DNA of 64,000 nucleotides from Synechococcus sp. (GCA_047285305.1 JBJBDL010000003.1:1408001-1472000), one strand, 5' to 3'. Counted from the stretch's first letter, positions 20,082-31,213 are shown. Translations and numbers: made by a program. The notes: a model not told the origin generated them from the letters alone.

Positions 20082-21014
20082 ATGTTCGTCAGCGTCGTTA
20101 TTCCGACCTACAACCGACGCCCGATCCTCGAGAAATGCCTCTCGGCACTGGAAGATCAGCAGCTTGCTGGAGCTCTTCAGGACTACGAGGTTGTTGTGGT
20201 CGACGACGGTTCCACCGATGGAACGCCGTCATGGCTCAGCGAGCAGTCCCATCGTTTTCCCCATGTGCGCCTGATCGAGCAGGAGCACGGTGGTCCTGCG
20301 GAGGGCCGGAACCGCGGTGTGGATCATGCCCGTGGCGATGTGATCGTCTTCATCGACAGCGATCTTGTGGTCACAGATACCTTTCTGGCCACCCACGCAC
20401 GGGCGTTGCAGCAGTGCTGGCAACGGCGTGGTGATCGGCTCTGCTTCACCTACGGCGCCGTCATCAATACCGCCAACTTTGAAGCACCCTGCTCGGAGCG
20501 CCACAAATTACGCGACTTGTCCTGGGCTTATTTCGCCACCGGCAATGTGGCCATCGATCGGGAGGTGCTGGAGCGCTCAGGCATGTTTGATACCGGTTTC
20601 CGCCTCTATGGCTGGGAGGACCTGGAACTGGGTGAGCGTCTGCGGCGGATGGGGGTTGAGTTGGTGAAGTGTCCGGACGCTGTCGGTTATCACTGGCACC
20701 CCGCCCTGAGCCTCGACCAGATCCCCCGACTTGTGGAAGTGGAGGGTGAACGGGCTCGTATGGGGCTTGTCTTCTACCGCAAACATCCAACCAGGCGGGT
20801 GCGGTTGATCATCCAGTTCACCTGGTTCCATCGCATCCTTTGGGAAGTTCTCACCCTCGGTGGGCTGATCAATCCCTCCAGCCTTCGCCCGCTGCTCCGT
20901 TGGCTGATCCGGCATGGCTATCCCGGAACGGCAATGGAGTTGCTTCGTTTGCCCCTCAATCGCATCGGTGTGCGTGCCCTGTTCCGTGAAGCCAGAGCGG
21001 CAGGGCTTCGCTGA
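20082..21014 (+). CDS. Glycosyltransferase family 2
   Basis: SVVIPTYNR, VDDGSTD, FIDSD, YGWEDLELG. Confidence 0.92.
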   Translation: MFVSVVIPTYNRRPILEKCLSALEDQQLAGALQDYEVVVVDDGSTDGTPSWLSEQSHRFPHVRLIEQEHGGPAEGRNRGVDHARGDVIVFIDSDLVVTDTFLATHARALQQCWQRRGDRLCFTYGAVINTANFEAPCSERHKLRDLSWAYFATGNVAIDREVLERSGMFDTGFRLYGWEDLELGERLRRMGVELVKCPDAVGYHWHPALSLDQIPRLVEVEGERARMGLVFYRKHPTRRVRLIIQFTWFHRILWEVLTLGGLINPSSLRPLLRWLIRHGYPGTAMELLRLPLNRIGVRALFREARAAGLR

Positions 21015-21045
21015 TCAACGTTTTGATACCTTCTATAGGTCCTTT

Positions 21046-21135
21046 CACTCCGCACACCTGCCCGTTTCGGGTGCACCGTAAGACCAGCTTCTGCTGGTTG
21101 TTCAGGTCCCTGGCAGGTGGAGGCGAACCCGAAAC
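21046..21135 (+). promoter_or_regulatory. Ribosomal protein S2 (rpsB) leader RNA
   Basis: CACCTGCC (21055-62) pairs with GGCAGGTG (21112-19); GTTTCGGGT (21064-72) pairs with ACCCGAAAC (21127-35) in pseudoknot order; directly upstream of rpsB. Confidence 0.75.
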
Positions 21136-21144
21136 CCTTAAACC

Positions 21145-21861
21145 ATGGCTGTCGTCACCCTCGCCGAGATGATGGAGGCTGGTGCTCACTTTGGGCACCA
21201 GACCCGTCGTTGGAACCCCAAGATGTCGCGCTACATCTATTGCGCGCGCAACGGCGTTCACATCATCGACCTCGTGCAGACCGCCGTCTGCATGAACAAT
21301 GCCTACAAGTGGACCCGTTCTGCGGCACGCAGCGGCAAACGTTTCCTCTTCGTTGGCACCAAGAAGCAAGCCTCTGAAGTTGTGGCGCTGGAAGCCGCCC
21401 GCTGCGGAGCGTCCTACGTGAACCAGCGCTGGTTGGGCGGGATGCTCACTAACTGGACCACCATGAAGGCCCGGATCGACCGTCTCAAGGATCTTGAGCG
21501 GATGGAGTCCAGCGGCGCCATCGCCATGCGCCCCAAGAAAGAAGGTGCGGTGCTGCGTCGCGAACTCGAGCGTCTCCAGAAGTATCTGGGTGGCCTCAAG
21601 AACATGCGTCGCCTTCCCGATGTTGTGGTCCTGGTGGACCAGCGTCGTGAGTCGAATGCGGTGCTCGAAGCCCGCAAGCTCGACATCCCCTTGGTTTCCA
21701 TGCTGGACACCAACTGTGATCCGGATCTCTGTGAAGTGCCGATTCCCTGCAACGACGACGCCGTTCGTTCTGTGCAACTGATCCTGGGCCGTTTGGCCGA
21801 TGCGATCAATGAGGGCCGGCACGGCTCCAACGATCAGCGTGGTGGCGACAGCGAAGGCTGA
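21145..21861 (+). CDS. rpsB: 30S ribosomal protein S2
   Basis: [32 protein letters not shown]. Confidence 0.98.
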   Translation: MAVVTLAEMMEAGAHFGHQTRRWNPKMSRYIYCARNGVHIIDLVQTAVCMNNAYKWTRSAARSGKRFLFVGTKKQASEVVALEAARCGASYVNQRWLGGMLTNWTTMKARIDRLKDLERMESSGAIAMRPKKEGAVLRRELERLQKYLGGLKNMRRLPDVVVLVDQRRESNAVLEARKLDIPLVSMLDTNCDPDLCEVPIPCNDDAVRSVQLILGRLADAINEGRHGSNDQRGGDSEG

Positions 21862-21883
21862 TCTCCTCTCACCGCTAAGTTCA

Positions 21884-21915
21884 CGCCGCTGATTCCAATC
21901 AGGGAATCGGCGGCG
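21884..21915 (+). other. Strong intergenic hairpin between rpsB and tsf (attenuator or stability element)
   Basis: CGCCGCTGATTCC-AATCAG-GGAATCGGCGGCG, 13-bp stem, no clean U tract. Confidence 0.6.
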
Positions 21916-21945
21916 ACTCAATTTCCCTTCTCACTGCTCCGACCG

Positions 21946-22608
21946 ATGGCTGTTGCCGTATCCGCCAAGCTTGTCAAAGAACTGCGCGACAAGACCGGCG
22001 CGGGGATGATGGATTGCAAAAAGGCCCTGGCCGCCACTGAAGGCGATGCCAACAAGGCCGTTGAGTGGCTTCGCCAGAAAGGCATCGCCAGCGCTGAAAA
22101 GAAATCCGGCCGCACCGCCGCCGAGGGTGCCATCGGCAGCTACATCCATACCGGTGCTCGCGTGGGTGTGCTGGTTGAGGTGAACTGCGAAACCGACTTC
22201 GTGGCCCGGGGCGACATGTTCCAGTCGCTGCTGCGTGATGTCTCCATGCAGGTGGCGGCATGCCCCAACGTTGAGTACGTCACCACCGACGAGATTCCCG
22301 ACGAAATCCGTGAGCGGGAGAAGGCGATCGAGATGGGCCGTGACGATCTCGAGGGTAAGCCTGAGCAGATGAAGGAAAAGATCGTTGAGGGCCGCATCGG
22401 CAAGCGCCTCAAGGAACTCGCCCTGATGGAGCAGCCCTTCATCAAGGACAGCTCCATCACCGTTGCTGACCTCGTGAAGCAAACCGCCGGCAAGATCGGC
22501 GAGAACGTGAAAGTTCGTCGCTTCACCCGTTACACCCTGGGCGAGGGCATCGACGTGGAAGAGAACGATTTCGCTGCTGAAGTGGCGTCCATGCAGAACG
22601 CCGGCTGA
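21946..22608 (+). CDS. tsf: Elongation factor Ts
   Basis: [29 protein letters not shown]. Confidence 0.98.
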   Translation: MAVAVSAKLVKELRDKTGAGMMDCKKALAATEGDANKAVEWLRQKGIASAEKKSGRTAAEGAIGSYIHTGARVGVLVEVNCETDFVARGDMFQSLLRDVSMQVAACPNVEYVTTDEIPDEIREREKAIEMGRDDLEGKPEQMKEKIVEGRIGKRLKELALMEQPFIKDSSITVADLVKQTAGKIGENVKVRRFTRYTLGEGIDVEENDFAAEVASMQNAG

Positions 22609-22613
22609 TTCCC

Positions 22614-23735
22614 TTGTCCGACCCGGACGTCAGGCCTGCTTACGACCCGTCAGAACAGCTGGCACGCCTTCAACGGTTGTGCCGGCTGCGGGGTATCGCC
22701 CTATACAGAGAGCAGGCTCTTTATCTTCAGGTGCTGCGGGAACTGCTGGAAGGAGCCACCCGTCAGGCACTATTCAATCTTCTCGGTGAGGTTGATCCCT
22801 CCCGTTTCGGTCGGCTGCCGGAGTCGACCCGTCAGAATTTCCACGCAGCGGTCACAGACTTGATTGATCGCTGCAGCGTTCTGCTCACAGTTGAGCAGCT
22901 GATGCAGCTGGTGCGGCAGATGCAGCAGGAGCAACGGCGCCAGCAGGCCCATGCCAGCAGAAGCATGCTGCAGAAGCTCAGTCGCCAGACCCAGGAGAGT
23001 GCCCCTGAACCCGAGCCACCCACGTCTGAGCAGCCACAGGAAGAACCGAGCGGATCCATTCAGTTGAGCTTGGCTTCACCGCTTGAATCCCCCCCGAGGA
23101 CCGCTGCCCATGATCCCGTCAAAGAACCGGTCCCTGAACCCGCAGAAAACAAATCCTCGGACGATTTGGATGTGCTCCGCTCACTGTTCGAGCTGGCCGG
23201 TGATGCGATGCAGCAGGCCCAACAGCCCCTTGATCCCGTTGCTCCTCTTGATCCTTCGGTAGACGGCAACGGCCACTTTCTCCCGAATGAACCGGATGCG
23301 CTGTTGAACTGGATCCAGGCCATGGATCAGGCTCTTGATCGACGCCTTCGCAACCTCTCTCATGCGGTGAATGTGCAGATGCTGCGGTCCGGACTGGCCC
23401 AGACCCTTCTTCCCATCAGCCTTCTGGATGCTGTCCTGAAGGGACAGGTCGAAACGCAGCCAACCGCCACGAATGTGCTTCGCCTGCGCCTCCCTCTGCC
23501 CGTCGGTGAGCTCGACCAGGGCATGGACGTGCTCTGTGTGCTCTTACGCAGCAACGATCTGGAGTTCGACAGCCCACGTCTGCGTCAGTGCCGCAAACGA
23601 TTGCGCGCTCACCACCATGCTCTGCTCACAATGGTGCAGCAGCAGCGTCATTGGCAGCGTCGCTCCCTGGATCGTGAGGCCCGGACCCATTGGCAGACCC
23701 CATCGGATTCAACGCAGCAGCTGAGCGGGGACTGA
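22614..23735 (+). CDS. Conserved hypothetical protein
   Basis: 373 aa ORF between tsf and recG with a Pro/Glu-rich central linker. Confidence 0.75.
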   Translation: MSDPDVRPAYDPSEQLARLQRLCRLRGIALYREQALYLQVLRELLEGATRQALFNLLGEVDPSRFGRLPESTRQNFHAAVTDLIDRCSVLLTVEQLMQLVRQMQQEQRRQQAHASRSMLQKLSRQTQESAPEPEPPTSEQPQEEPSGSIQLSLASPLESPPRTAAHDPVKEPVPEPAENKSSDDLDVLRSLFELAGDAMQQAQQPLDPVAPLDPSVDGNGHFLPNEPDALLNWIQAMDQALDRRLRNLSHAVNVQMLRSGLAQTLLPISLLDAVLKGQVETQPTATNVLRLRLPLPVGELDQGMDVLCVLLRSNDLEFDSPRLRQCRKRLRAHHHALLTMVQQQRHWQRRSLDREARTHWQTPSDSTQQLSGD

Positions 23736-26206
23736 CCAGCGAGCAGCTGTCGTTGCTCCTCACCTGGATGCTTCCCATTCAGCGCTCGCTGGGGTTGGAG
23801 GCCGACCGTGGTTTTCAGAATCTGCAGGGTCGCCAGCAGCGCTTTCACGCCTTTGTGCAGCAGCAACTCGCAGCGCCTCCGGCCGTTTCCTTACCCCAGG
23901 GGGTCACTGAGCGCATGTCCAAGCTCAGCTCCGCCTTTGCCGACTATCCGGCCCTCACTGATCCTGCCCGCCGTCGCTTGGTCACTGATGCCCGTCAATG
24001 GCTTCATGAGCTGCGCCATCGCCTGGAACCCTCGGCTCCAATGGCACCGCCACGCCTGAAGGTTCAGGCGTCTCCCGAGCAGCGCGCCAGCTCACCACTG
24101 CAGCTTGACAGTCCCATCACGCAGATCCGTGGTGTGGGTCCCAAATTCGCGGCACGGCTGGCTTCGATCGGCCTGCTTCTGGTACGCGACCTGCTCCGTT
24201 ATTACCCCCGTGATCATGTCGATTACTCCGCGATGCGCCGAATTGAGGCGCTGGTGTCGGGGGAAACAGCCACGATCGTCGCCTCTATTCGCCGTTGCAA
24301 CGGATTCGTCAGTCCACGGAACACCAACCTCGCCATCATTGAGCTCCAGCTGCAGGATCCGACAGGTCGCCTGAAGGTGAGCCGTTTCCTGGCAGGCAAA
24401 CGCTTCAGTTCCCCGGCCTACCTCAAAGGCCAGCAGCGTCTCTACCCCGTTGGTGCCACCGTGGCCGTCAGTGGTCTGGTGAAAGACGGTCCCTACGGCA
24501 TCACTTTTCAGGATCCGTTGATCGAGGTGCTGGACAGCCCCTCGTCTCCGGTCAAATCCCCCAGCATCGGCCGGCTTCTCCCGGTGTATCCCCTCACCGA
24601 GGGGGTTGGCGCGGATCGGTTTCGCAGCCTGATCGATCAGGTCCTGCCCCTCGCGGCATCGTGGCCTGATCCTCTCCCCGCCGCGGTGCAGCGGCAATTC
24701 CAGCTGCCGGCACTCTCGGAGGCCCTGCAGGCTCTGCATGCGCCCAAGGACCGTGAAAGCCTCGATCGGGGACGCCGCCGGCTGGTGTTCGATGAGTTTC
24801 TACTCCTGCAGCTCGGTCTGTTGCGCCGACGCCAGGCGCTGCGCTCCCGGACTGGACCGGACCTGGATCTCCAATCCAGTTCCAACGGGCTTGTGGGGGA
24901 GTTCATGGATCTGCTGCCCTTCCGCTTCACCGCAGCCCAACAACGGGTTTTTCAGGAGATCGAAGCCGATCTGGCGCGCAGCGAACCTATGGCCCGTCTG
25001 GTGCAGGGGGACGTCGGCTCGGGCAAAACGGTGGTTGCCATTGCAGCGTTGCTCAGCACCATTGCTTCGGGCTGGCAGGGGGCCCTGATGGCCCCCACGG
25101 AGGTGTTAGCCGAGCAGCATTACCGTAACCTCTGCCAGTGGCTGCCGCAGCTCCATGTGAGCGTCGCCTTGCTGACGGGTTCCACGCCGCGGCCCCGCCG
25201 TCGGGAGCTGCTGGATGACCTGGCAAACGGTTCGCTGAAGGTGCTGGTGGGCACCCATGCCTTGCTCGAGGATCCTGTCGTTTTCAATCGCCTGGGGCTG
25301 GTGGTGGTGGATGAACAGCACCGTTTCGGTGTTCATCAACGGGATCGCCTGCTCAACAAGGGCTTGCAGCCCCATCTGCTCACCATGACGGCAACACCGA
25401 TCCCACGGACCCTGGCGCTGTCGATGCATGGGGATCTGGATGTCAGCCAGATCGATGAATTGCCGCCAGGGCGAACACCGATTTGCACCCGCATGCTCAC
25501 GGCCGCAAAGCGGGAGAAGGCCTATGAGTTGATCCGTGAGGAGGTGCAGCTGGGCCAGCGGGCCTATGTCGTTCTGCCTCTGGTGGACGAGTCGGAAAAG
25601 CTTGACCTTCGCTCAGCTGTTGAGGTTCACGCTGAATTGGCCTCGGAGGTGTTCCCTGATCTGGCCGTTGGTTTGCTGCATGGGCGCCTCTCCAGTGCTG
25701 AAAAGCAGGCGGTGCTGACCGATTTCGCTGCGGGCAAGAGCCAGGTGCTGGTGGCTACCACGGTGGTGGAGGTGGGGGTAGATGTCCCTGAAGCCAGCGT
25801 GATGGTGATCGACCATGCCGAACGCTTTGGTCTGGCACAGCTGCATCAGTTGCGGGGGCGCGTTGGCCGTGGCGCCGCTGCCTCCCATTGCCTGTTGATC
25901 AATGGCAGCTCCAATCCCCTGGCCCGCCAGCGTCTGGATGTGCTGGTGCGCTCCACCGATGGCTTTGAGATCGCCGAGATGGATTTGCGCTTGCGGGGGC
26001 CTGGCCAGGTGCTGGGAACCCGTCAATCTGGCTTGCCTGATCTGGCCCTGGCCAGCCTTGCCGATGATGGGGCTGTGCTGGAGGACGCACGAACAGCCGC
26101 CCAGGAGCTGTTAAACAACGATCCTGAGCTCTCGCAGCATTCTTTGCTGCGAGAGACCTTGGAGGCACAGCAGCGTCGCCTCAGCGGTGGCACCCCCTTG
26201 AACTGA
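23690..26206 (+). CDS. recG: ATP-dependent DNA helicase RecG
   Basis: QGDVGSGKT, DEQHRFG, MTATPIPRTL, QLHQLRGRVGRG; start uncertain. Confidence 0.96.
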   Translation: MADPIGFNAAAERGLTSEQLSLLLTWMLPIQRSLGLEADRGFQNLQGRQQRFHAFVQQQLAAPPAVSLPQGVTERMSKLSSAFADYPALTDPARRRLVTDARQWLHELRHRLEPSAPMAPPRLKVQASPEQRASSPLQLDSPITQIRGVGPKFAARLASIGLLLVRDLLRYYPRDHVDYSAMRRIEALVSGETATIVASIRRCNGFVSPRNTNLAIIELQLQDPTGRLKVSRFLAGKRFSSPAYLKGQQRLYPVGATVAVSGLVKDGPYGITFQDPLIEVLDSPSSPVKSPSIGRLLPVYPLTEGVGADRFRSLIDQVLPLAASWPDPLPAAVQRQFQLPALSEALQALHAPKDRESLDRGRRRLVFDEFLLLQLGLLRRRQALRSRTGPDLDLQSSSNGLVGEFMDLLPFRFTAAQQRVFQEIEADLARSEPMARLVQGDVGSGKTVVAIAALLSTIASGWQGALMAPTEVLAEQHYRNLCQWLPQLHVSVALLTGSTPRPRRRELLDDLANGSLKVLVGTHALLEDPVVFNRLGLVVVDEQHRFGVHQRDRLLNKGLQPHLLTMTATPIPRTLALSMHGDLDVSQIDELPPGRTPICTRMLTAAKREKAYELIREEVQLGQRAYVVLPLVDESEKLDLRSAVEVHAELASEVFPDLAVGLLHGRLSSAEKQAVLTDFAAGKSQVLVATTVVEVGVDVPEASVMVIDHAERFGLAQLHQLRGRVGRGAAASHCLLINGSSNPLARQRLDVLVRSTDGFEIAEMDLRLRGPGQVLGTRQSGLPDLALASLADDGAVLEDARTAAQELLNNDPELSQHSLLRETLEAQQRRLSGGTPLN

Positions 26207-26226
26207 TCCATCCCGCTTCCGCCTCG

Positions 26227-26928
26227 ATGCGCCCCTGGAGTCCGATTCCGATCGAAGATTGCGGCGAGCCTTTGCAAGCGCTGCCTCCCGCTTTGTTGCG
26301 GATGGATCCTCATCCATACATGGCGCTGGGGGCGCCCTATGGGGCGTCTGGGCATCCCTTTCAATTGCGCCTGGGGGTCGTTCAGCGCCTGCTTGATGCT
26401 CAGCAGCACCTGGTCGAGCACGACCCCAGCCTGCGCCTGAGCATTTTTGATGCTTGGCGGCCGATCGCCGTGCAGGCCTTCATGGTGGACCACAGCATTG
26501 CGGAACTCTGCCGTGAACGCGGCGTAGAACTGCGCTCGGGGCACGCTTTCGATCAGGTAGTTGCCGATGTGGGGCGCTTCTGGGCCGCTCCCAGTCGGGA
26601 TCCTGCGACCCCGCCTCCTCACAGTACCGGTGCAGCTGTTGATCTCACCCTCAGCAGCAGTGATGGAACGCCGCTGGCCATGGGGGGAGAGATTGATGCA
26701 ATTGGTGCAGTGTCTGAACCGCAGCACTACGCCGGTCGGGAGGATTCCGAAGCTCGGCGCTGGCATCAACGCCGGCAGTTGCTGGCTGAAGTGATGGGAG
26801 CAGCCGGCTTTGCTCAGCATCCGAACGAGTGGTGGCACTACTCGTTCGGCGATCAGCTATGGGCCTGGCGAAAGGGTGAAGCTGTGGCCGTCTATGCCGA
26901 GGCCGTCAACAGCGCGCTGACTTCCTGA
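26227..26928 (+). CDS. ddpX: D-Ala-D-Ala dipeptidase (peptidase M15D)
   Basis: DAWRP, PPHSTGAAVDLTL, EWWHYS. Confidence 0.85.
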   Translation: MRPWSPIPIEDCGEPLQALPPALLRMDPHPYMALGAPYGASGHPFQLRLGVVQRLLDAQQHLVEHDPSLRLSIFDAWRPIAVQAFMVDHSIAELCRERGVELRSGHAFDQVVADVGRFWAAPSRDPATPPPHSTGAAVDLTLSSSDGTPLAMGGEIDAIGAVSEPQHYAGREDSEARRWHQRRQLLAEVMGAAGFAQHPNEWWHYSFGDQLWAWRKGEAVAVYAEAVNSALTS

Positions 26929-28649
26929 TCACCCAGCTTCTCGATGTGGTCCCCGAAGCTGCGACGTCCACCCGCCGCTTTCCAGCTTAGGAGGAGCGGC
27001 TCGAGGGTTTTTTCCAGATCATCCAAGGGCAGCTTCTCCATGTAGGGGCGCGCCAGACGCTGGAGGTTGGGGGTGCCGCCGAGCCACAGCTGGTACTGGT
27101 TGACCCCGTTGCCCACCAAGCCCAGCTCCGCCATGTAGGGGCGGGCACAGCCGTTGGGGCAGCCGGTCATCCTCACAAGCAGGGACTTCTCAATCTCGAG
27201 CCGTCGCAGTTGGGCATCGAGGCGATCCAGAACATCTGGAAGGATGCGCTCAGATTCGGTGATGGCGAGCCCGCAGGTGGGTAGAGCTGGGCAGGCAATG
27301 GCATGCCTGGCCAGAGGTGCTGGAGCTTCAGGCACCTCAAACCCGAGGGCTTCCAGCTGGGTTCGAATGCTGGCTCGCTGGGAGGTGCCGATGTTGCACA
27401 GCAGCAGGTCTTGATTGGCGGTGAGGCGAATCTCCAGCTGGTAGGTCTCCACGAGCTCCCTCAGTCCTGCCTTGAGATCTCCGTTCAGGCGACCACAGAG
27501 CAGGGGCAGTCCCACGAACCACATCCCTGCCTTCTGGCGATGCCAGCCGAGATAGTCCAAAAGCTTGGCCTTGGGCTCATTGCGCAGCCCCTTGAGGCTT
27601 CCCTTGAAGTAGGTCGCGCAGAGGGTGTCGCGGAACCATTGGATTCCCTTGTCGTGCAGCAGGTACTTCATGCGGGCGTGCTTGCGCACTTCCCGATCAC
27701 CGTGATCGCGTTGCAGCGCCAGGATCGCCTGAACCACATCCAGAACGTCGGCGGCATCGACGTAACCCAAAGGATCCGCCGTGCGCGCGAAGGTGTCTTC
27801 TTTGTTGTGGGTGCGGCCCATGCCACCGCCCACGTAGACGTTGCAGCCCCGCAGATCGCCAGAGGGGTCGGTGAAGGCCACAAGGCCGATGTCCTGGGTG
27901 AGCAGGTCAACAGAGTTGTCCCCAGGCACGGTGACGGCAACCTTGAATTTCCGGGGTAGGTAGGTGTCCCCGTAGAGAGGTTCCTCAGTGCTGCCGGAAA
28001 AAACGCCGGCTTCGCTTTGGCGTTTTCTGGCCTTCCGAACGGCTCGGCTGGGCTTGAAGCGATAACTCAGGTCACCATCCACCCAGAGGTCGAGGTAGGC
28101 CCCCTCGGCCGCCTCGGGGCTGAGCAAATCAGCGATTTCATCGGCCAGGCGCCGTGCCACGGGATAGCCGCCTTTCTCAAAAGGAGCTGGTGGTGCCATC
28201 ACATTGCGGTTGATGTCCCCGCAGGCCGCCAGGGTCGAGCCCATGTTGCGAACAATGGTGCCAATCACCTCTTTCAGGTCGGCCTTGGCGATGCCGTGCA
28301 TCTGGAAGGCCTGACGGGTGGTGGCCCGCAGAGTTCCGTCCCCAAGGCGGTTGGAGAGGTCATCGAGAGCAAGGAACAGCCGGGCAGGGATGCGTCCGCC
28401 CGGACTGCGAAGCCGCAGCATCATTTGCCAGCTGCGAACCTTGTCTGTTTTGCGCAGTTCGCGGTGGTGCTGTTGGTAGCTGCCGTGAAACTTCAGCAGT
28501 TGAACAGCATCTTCCGTGAAGCGAACATCTTCGTTGCTGAGCTCGCTCAACAACGGATCGCGTAGATAGTCGCTGTCCAGCTTGCGCTGCTCCGCCTTGG
28601 ACAGCGATTGAGTTCCTGTTTCCGCCACTGCCAAGGAGCCTTCCCCCAC
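26892..28649 (-). CDS. sir: Ferredoxin-sulfite reductase
   Basis: LKFHGSYQQ, TTRQAFQ, ACGDINRN, YLPRKFK, CPALPTC, TGCPNGC; start inferred at GTG. Confidence 0.93.
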   Translation of the reverse strand: MGEGSLAVAETGTQSLSKAEQRKLDSDYLRDPLLSELSNEDVRFTEDAVQLLKFHGSYQQHHRELRKTDKVRSWQMMLRLRSPGGRIPARLFLALDDLSNRLGDGTLRATTRQAFQMHGIAKADLKEVIGTIVRNMGSTLAACGDINRNVMAPPAPFEKGGYPVARRLADEIADLLSPEAAEGAYLDLWVDGDLSYRFKPSRAVRKARKRQSEAGVFSGSTEEPLYGDTYLPRKFKVAVTVPGDNSVDLLTQDIGLVAFTDPSGDLRGCNVYVGGGMGRTHNKEDTFARTADPLGYVDAADVLDVVQAILALQRDHGDREVRKHARMKYLLHDKGIQWFRDTLCATYFKGSLKGLRNEPKAKLLDYLGWHRQKAGMWFVGLPLLCGRLNGDLKAGLRELVETYQLEIRLTANQDLLLCNIGTSQRASIRTQLEALGFEVPEAPAPLARHAIACPALPTCGLAITESERILPDVLDRLDAQLRRLEIEKSLLVRMTGCPNGCARPYMAELGLVGNGVNQYQLWLGGTPNLQRLARPYMEKLPLDDLEKTLEPLLLSWKAAGGRRSFGDHIEKLGDQEVSALLTASA

Positions 28650-28722
28650 CCCGAAAAGGATTTCTTGATTTGAACGTAGCGAAACGGCTTCCAATACAGT
28701 CGCTTCCGGCTCTGACCTTGGC

Positions 28723-30888
28723 GTGACGGCAACCTTTCTTCTGGAAATCGGCACCGAGGAGCTTCCGGCCGATTTCGTCAGGCAAGCGCTTGACCAATTG
28801 CAGCAACGGGTGAGCCGTGATCTGCGTGAGGCAAGGCTTGGCCATGGAGCGGTGTCGGTGTTCGGCACCCCCCGGCGTCTGGTGGTCTCCGTCTCTGATC
28901 TGGAAGACCGACAACCCGATCTTCAGGAGGACCGCAAGGGCCCTCCCGTGGCTCAGGCCTTCAAGGACGGCATCCCAGGGCCAGCGGCGATCGGTTTCGC
29001 TAAGCGCTGCGGGGTTGATCCCTCAGCTCTTGAGCAGCGTGACACTCCGAAGGGGCCTTGCGTCTTCGCAACCGTGCTTACCCCCGGCCAATCCTGCGTT
29101 GAACTGCTACGAGGGCTGATCTCCCAATGGATTGATGCTTTGCAGGGTCGGCGGTTCATGCGCTGGGGCACCGGAGCCCAGCGCTTCAGCCGCCCCATCC
29201 GGTGGCTGCTGGCGCTCAAGGGTTCAGAGGTGATCCCGGTGGTGCTGGGCGGCGCTGACCCCGAGGTCCGCAGCGATCGTTTCAGCCGTGCCCACCGTCT
29301 CCATGGAGACGAGCCACTCTCCATCGCATCAGCGGAGCAGTTTGAAGAGACCCTTGCTGCCGCTGGCGTTGTTGTCGATCGTGAGGAGCGGGCCAAACGA
29401 ATTCGCACCAGCCTGGACCAGTCGGCTCAGGCCGCCAACGGAACTCCCGACTGTCCGGAGTCGCTGTTTGAGGAACTGGTGGATCTGGTTGAAGACCCGA
29501 GGATTCTCGAGGGAACCATTGCTGAGCGGTTCCTGCAGCTTCCTCCGGAGGTGATCAGCACGGTGATGCAGGCTCATCAGCGTTATGTGCCGCTGCAGGT
29601 GCCTGGTCTGGAAGCTGACCCGCTCCGACTCACTGCTGAGGCTGTGCTTCGGCCCCAGTTCCTTTTGGTGGGCAATGGCTTGGCTCCGGCGTCGTCCTTG
29701 ATTGTTCGCGGGAATGAACGCGTGCTTGGAGCTCGCCTGGCGGATGCAGAATTTTTCCTAGATGTTGACCGGCGTCAGTCCAGCGGATCTCGGCTTGAAG
29801 CCCTCGACCGTGTCACCTTTGCCGAAGGCTTGGGCAGTCTTCTGGACCGCTCCGAGCGAATCGAGCGGCTCACGGGCCTTCTGTTGAAGCAACTCGGTCT
29901 TGATCAGAGCGTGGTGGCTGCGGCCCAGCGTGCCGCTCATTTCTGCAAGAACGATCTGGTCAGCCAGATGGTGGGTGAGTTCCCAGAACTTCAGGGCCTG
30001 ATGGGGGGCAAATATCTCCTGGAGGAGGGAGAACCCCGCGATGTTGCTCTCGCTGTGGTGGAGCACTATCTGCCCCGGGGAGCCGGTGATGCTCTGCCCG
30101 CAACCTCCGCGGGAGCCGTTGTGGCCTTGGCGGAACGGCTAGAGCTGCTGCTCAGCATCTTTGCCAAGGGAGAGCGACCAACCGGATCCTCCGACCCCTA
30201 TGCCCTGCGGCGGGCCGGCAATGGTGTTGTGCAGATTCTCTGGGGCCTGGCCTGGCGCCTTGACCTCATGGCCTTCCTCAGCAACGCCGTGGAGGAGTGG
30301 GCTGCTCTGTTCCCGGCCTTTGCGGTGGATGCCAGCCAACTGCACAACGACCTCTGTCAGCTGATGCGGCAGCGGATCCTGTCTCAACTGGAAGATGACG
30401 GCTTTGCGCCTGATCTGGTGCAGGCTGTGGCTGGTGATGCCGTCTCCAGCCAGCGTCTGCTAAGTGATCCCCTGGATGTAAAACTGCGGATTCAACTGTT
30501 GCGTGACCTTCGTGACAGCGGTCAGCTGGATGCCGTCCAGGCGGTAGTGCAGCGAGCAGCGAAGCTTGCGGAAAAAGGTGATCTGGCACGGGATCAGCTT
30601 GTGGCCGGCGATGTGGTTGAGCCCGATCGGTTCGAGTCCGCCAGTGAGAAGGATCTGTTCGCAGCTCTGGAGCAGCTGCAGCCATTGGCTCAGCAGCGGT
30701 CGTATCAGGCGCTTGCCGATGCCCTCGTCGCGGCAACCCCGGCGCTCCAAGCCTTCTTTGATGGTGACACCAGCGTGATGGTGATGGTCGAAGATGCCGC
30801 GCTGAGGATCAATCGCCTCAACTTGTTGGCGGTCTTGCGCAATCAGGCTTCGGTCTTGGCCGAATTTGAATCTATTCAATTCAAATGA
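28723..30888 (+). CDS. glyS: Glycine-tRNA ligase beta subunit
   Basis: LLEIGTEELP, TPRRL, MVGEFPELQG, PTGSSDPYALRR. Confidence 0.96.
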   Translation: MTATFLLEIGTEELPADFVRQALDQLQQRVSRDLREARLGHGAVSVFGTPRRLVVSVSDLEDRQPDLQEDRKGPPVAQAFKDGIPGPAAIGFAKRCGVDPSALEQRDTPKGPCVFATVLTPGQSCVELLRGLISQWIDALQGRRFMRWGTGAQRFSRPIRWLLALKGSEVIPVVLGGADPEVRSDRFSRAHRLHGDEPLSIASAEQFEETLAAAGVVVDREERAKRIRTSLDQSAQAANGTPDCPESLFEELVDLVEDPRILEGTIAERFLQLPPEVISTVMQAHQRYVPLQVPGLEADPLRLTAEAVLRPQFLLVGNGLAPASSLIVRGNERVLGARLADAEFFLDVDRRQSSGSRLEALDRVTFAEGLGSLLDRSERIERLTGLLLKQLGLDQSVVAAAQRAAHFCKNDLVSQMVGEFPELQGLMGGKYLLEEGEPRDVALAVVEHYLPRGAGDALPATSAGAVVALAERLELLLSIFAKGERPTGSSDPYALRRAGNGVVQILWGLAWRLDLMAFLSNAVEEWAALFPAFAVDASQLHNDLCQLMRQRILSQLEDDGFAPDLVQAVAGDAVSSQRLLSDPLDVKLRIQLLRDLRDSGQLDAVQAVVQRAAKLAEKGDLARDQLVAGDVVEPDRFESASEKDLFAALEQLQPLAQQRSYQALADALVAATPALQAFFDGDTSVMVMVEDAALRINRLNLLAVLRNQASVLAEFESIQFK

Positions 30889-30975
30889 AGGCAGACCTGG
30901 TCTCTGCGGCTGAGCAGGGGCCAGCCGCTTTAGCCCCCAATATCTGATCAGGATGCGACCACCGCCCAGCAACCT

Positions 30976-31164
30976 ATGGTGATCCGCCAGGAAGGCGATG
31001 ATCTGGGCAGCATGATTGCGGCGGTGATCTTGGCTGCTGTCGCCGTTTACGCCATCAACGTCTGGTCATCGGCCAAAAAAGAAAATTCCCCCGCCAAGAC
31101 CATTGAGCAGGGAATTGAGCAGATCAAGGATGCTGCTGGAAAGGCGATCGAGTCGCGCAAATAA
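30976..31164 (+). CDS. Small single-TM hypothetical protein
   Basis: 62 aa with hydrophobic IAAVILAAVAVYAINVW and a charged tail. Confidence 0.6.
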   Translation: MVIRQEGDDLGSMIAAVILAAVAVYAINVWSSAKKENSPAKTIEQGIEQIKDAAGKAIESRK

Positions 31165-31213
31165 CCTGCAGCATTGTCAGTGGAGTTGGAGTGATGTTGG
31201 GAGCCGGCCTCCT

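Noticed and set aside
20956..21921. Long antisense ORFs over rpsB (similar ones over glnA, gnd, ilvD, nrdJ, lptB)
   Set aside because: Typical stop-poor shadows of codon-biased, high-GC genes; no recognisable motifs.
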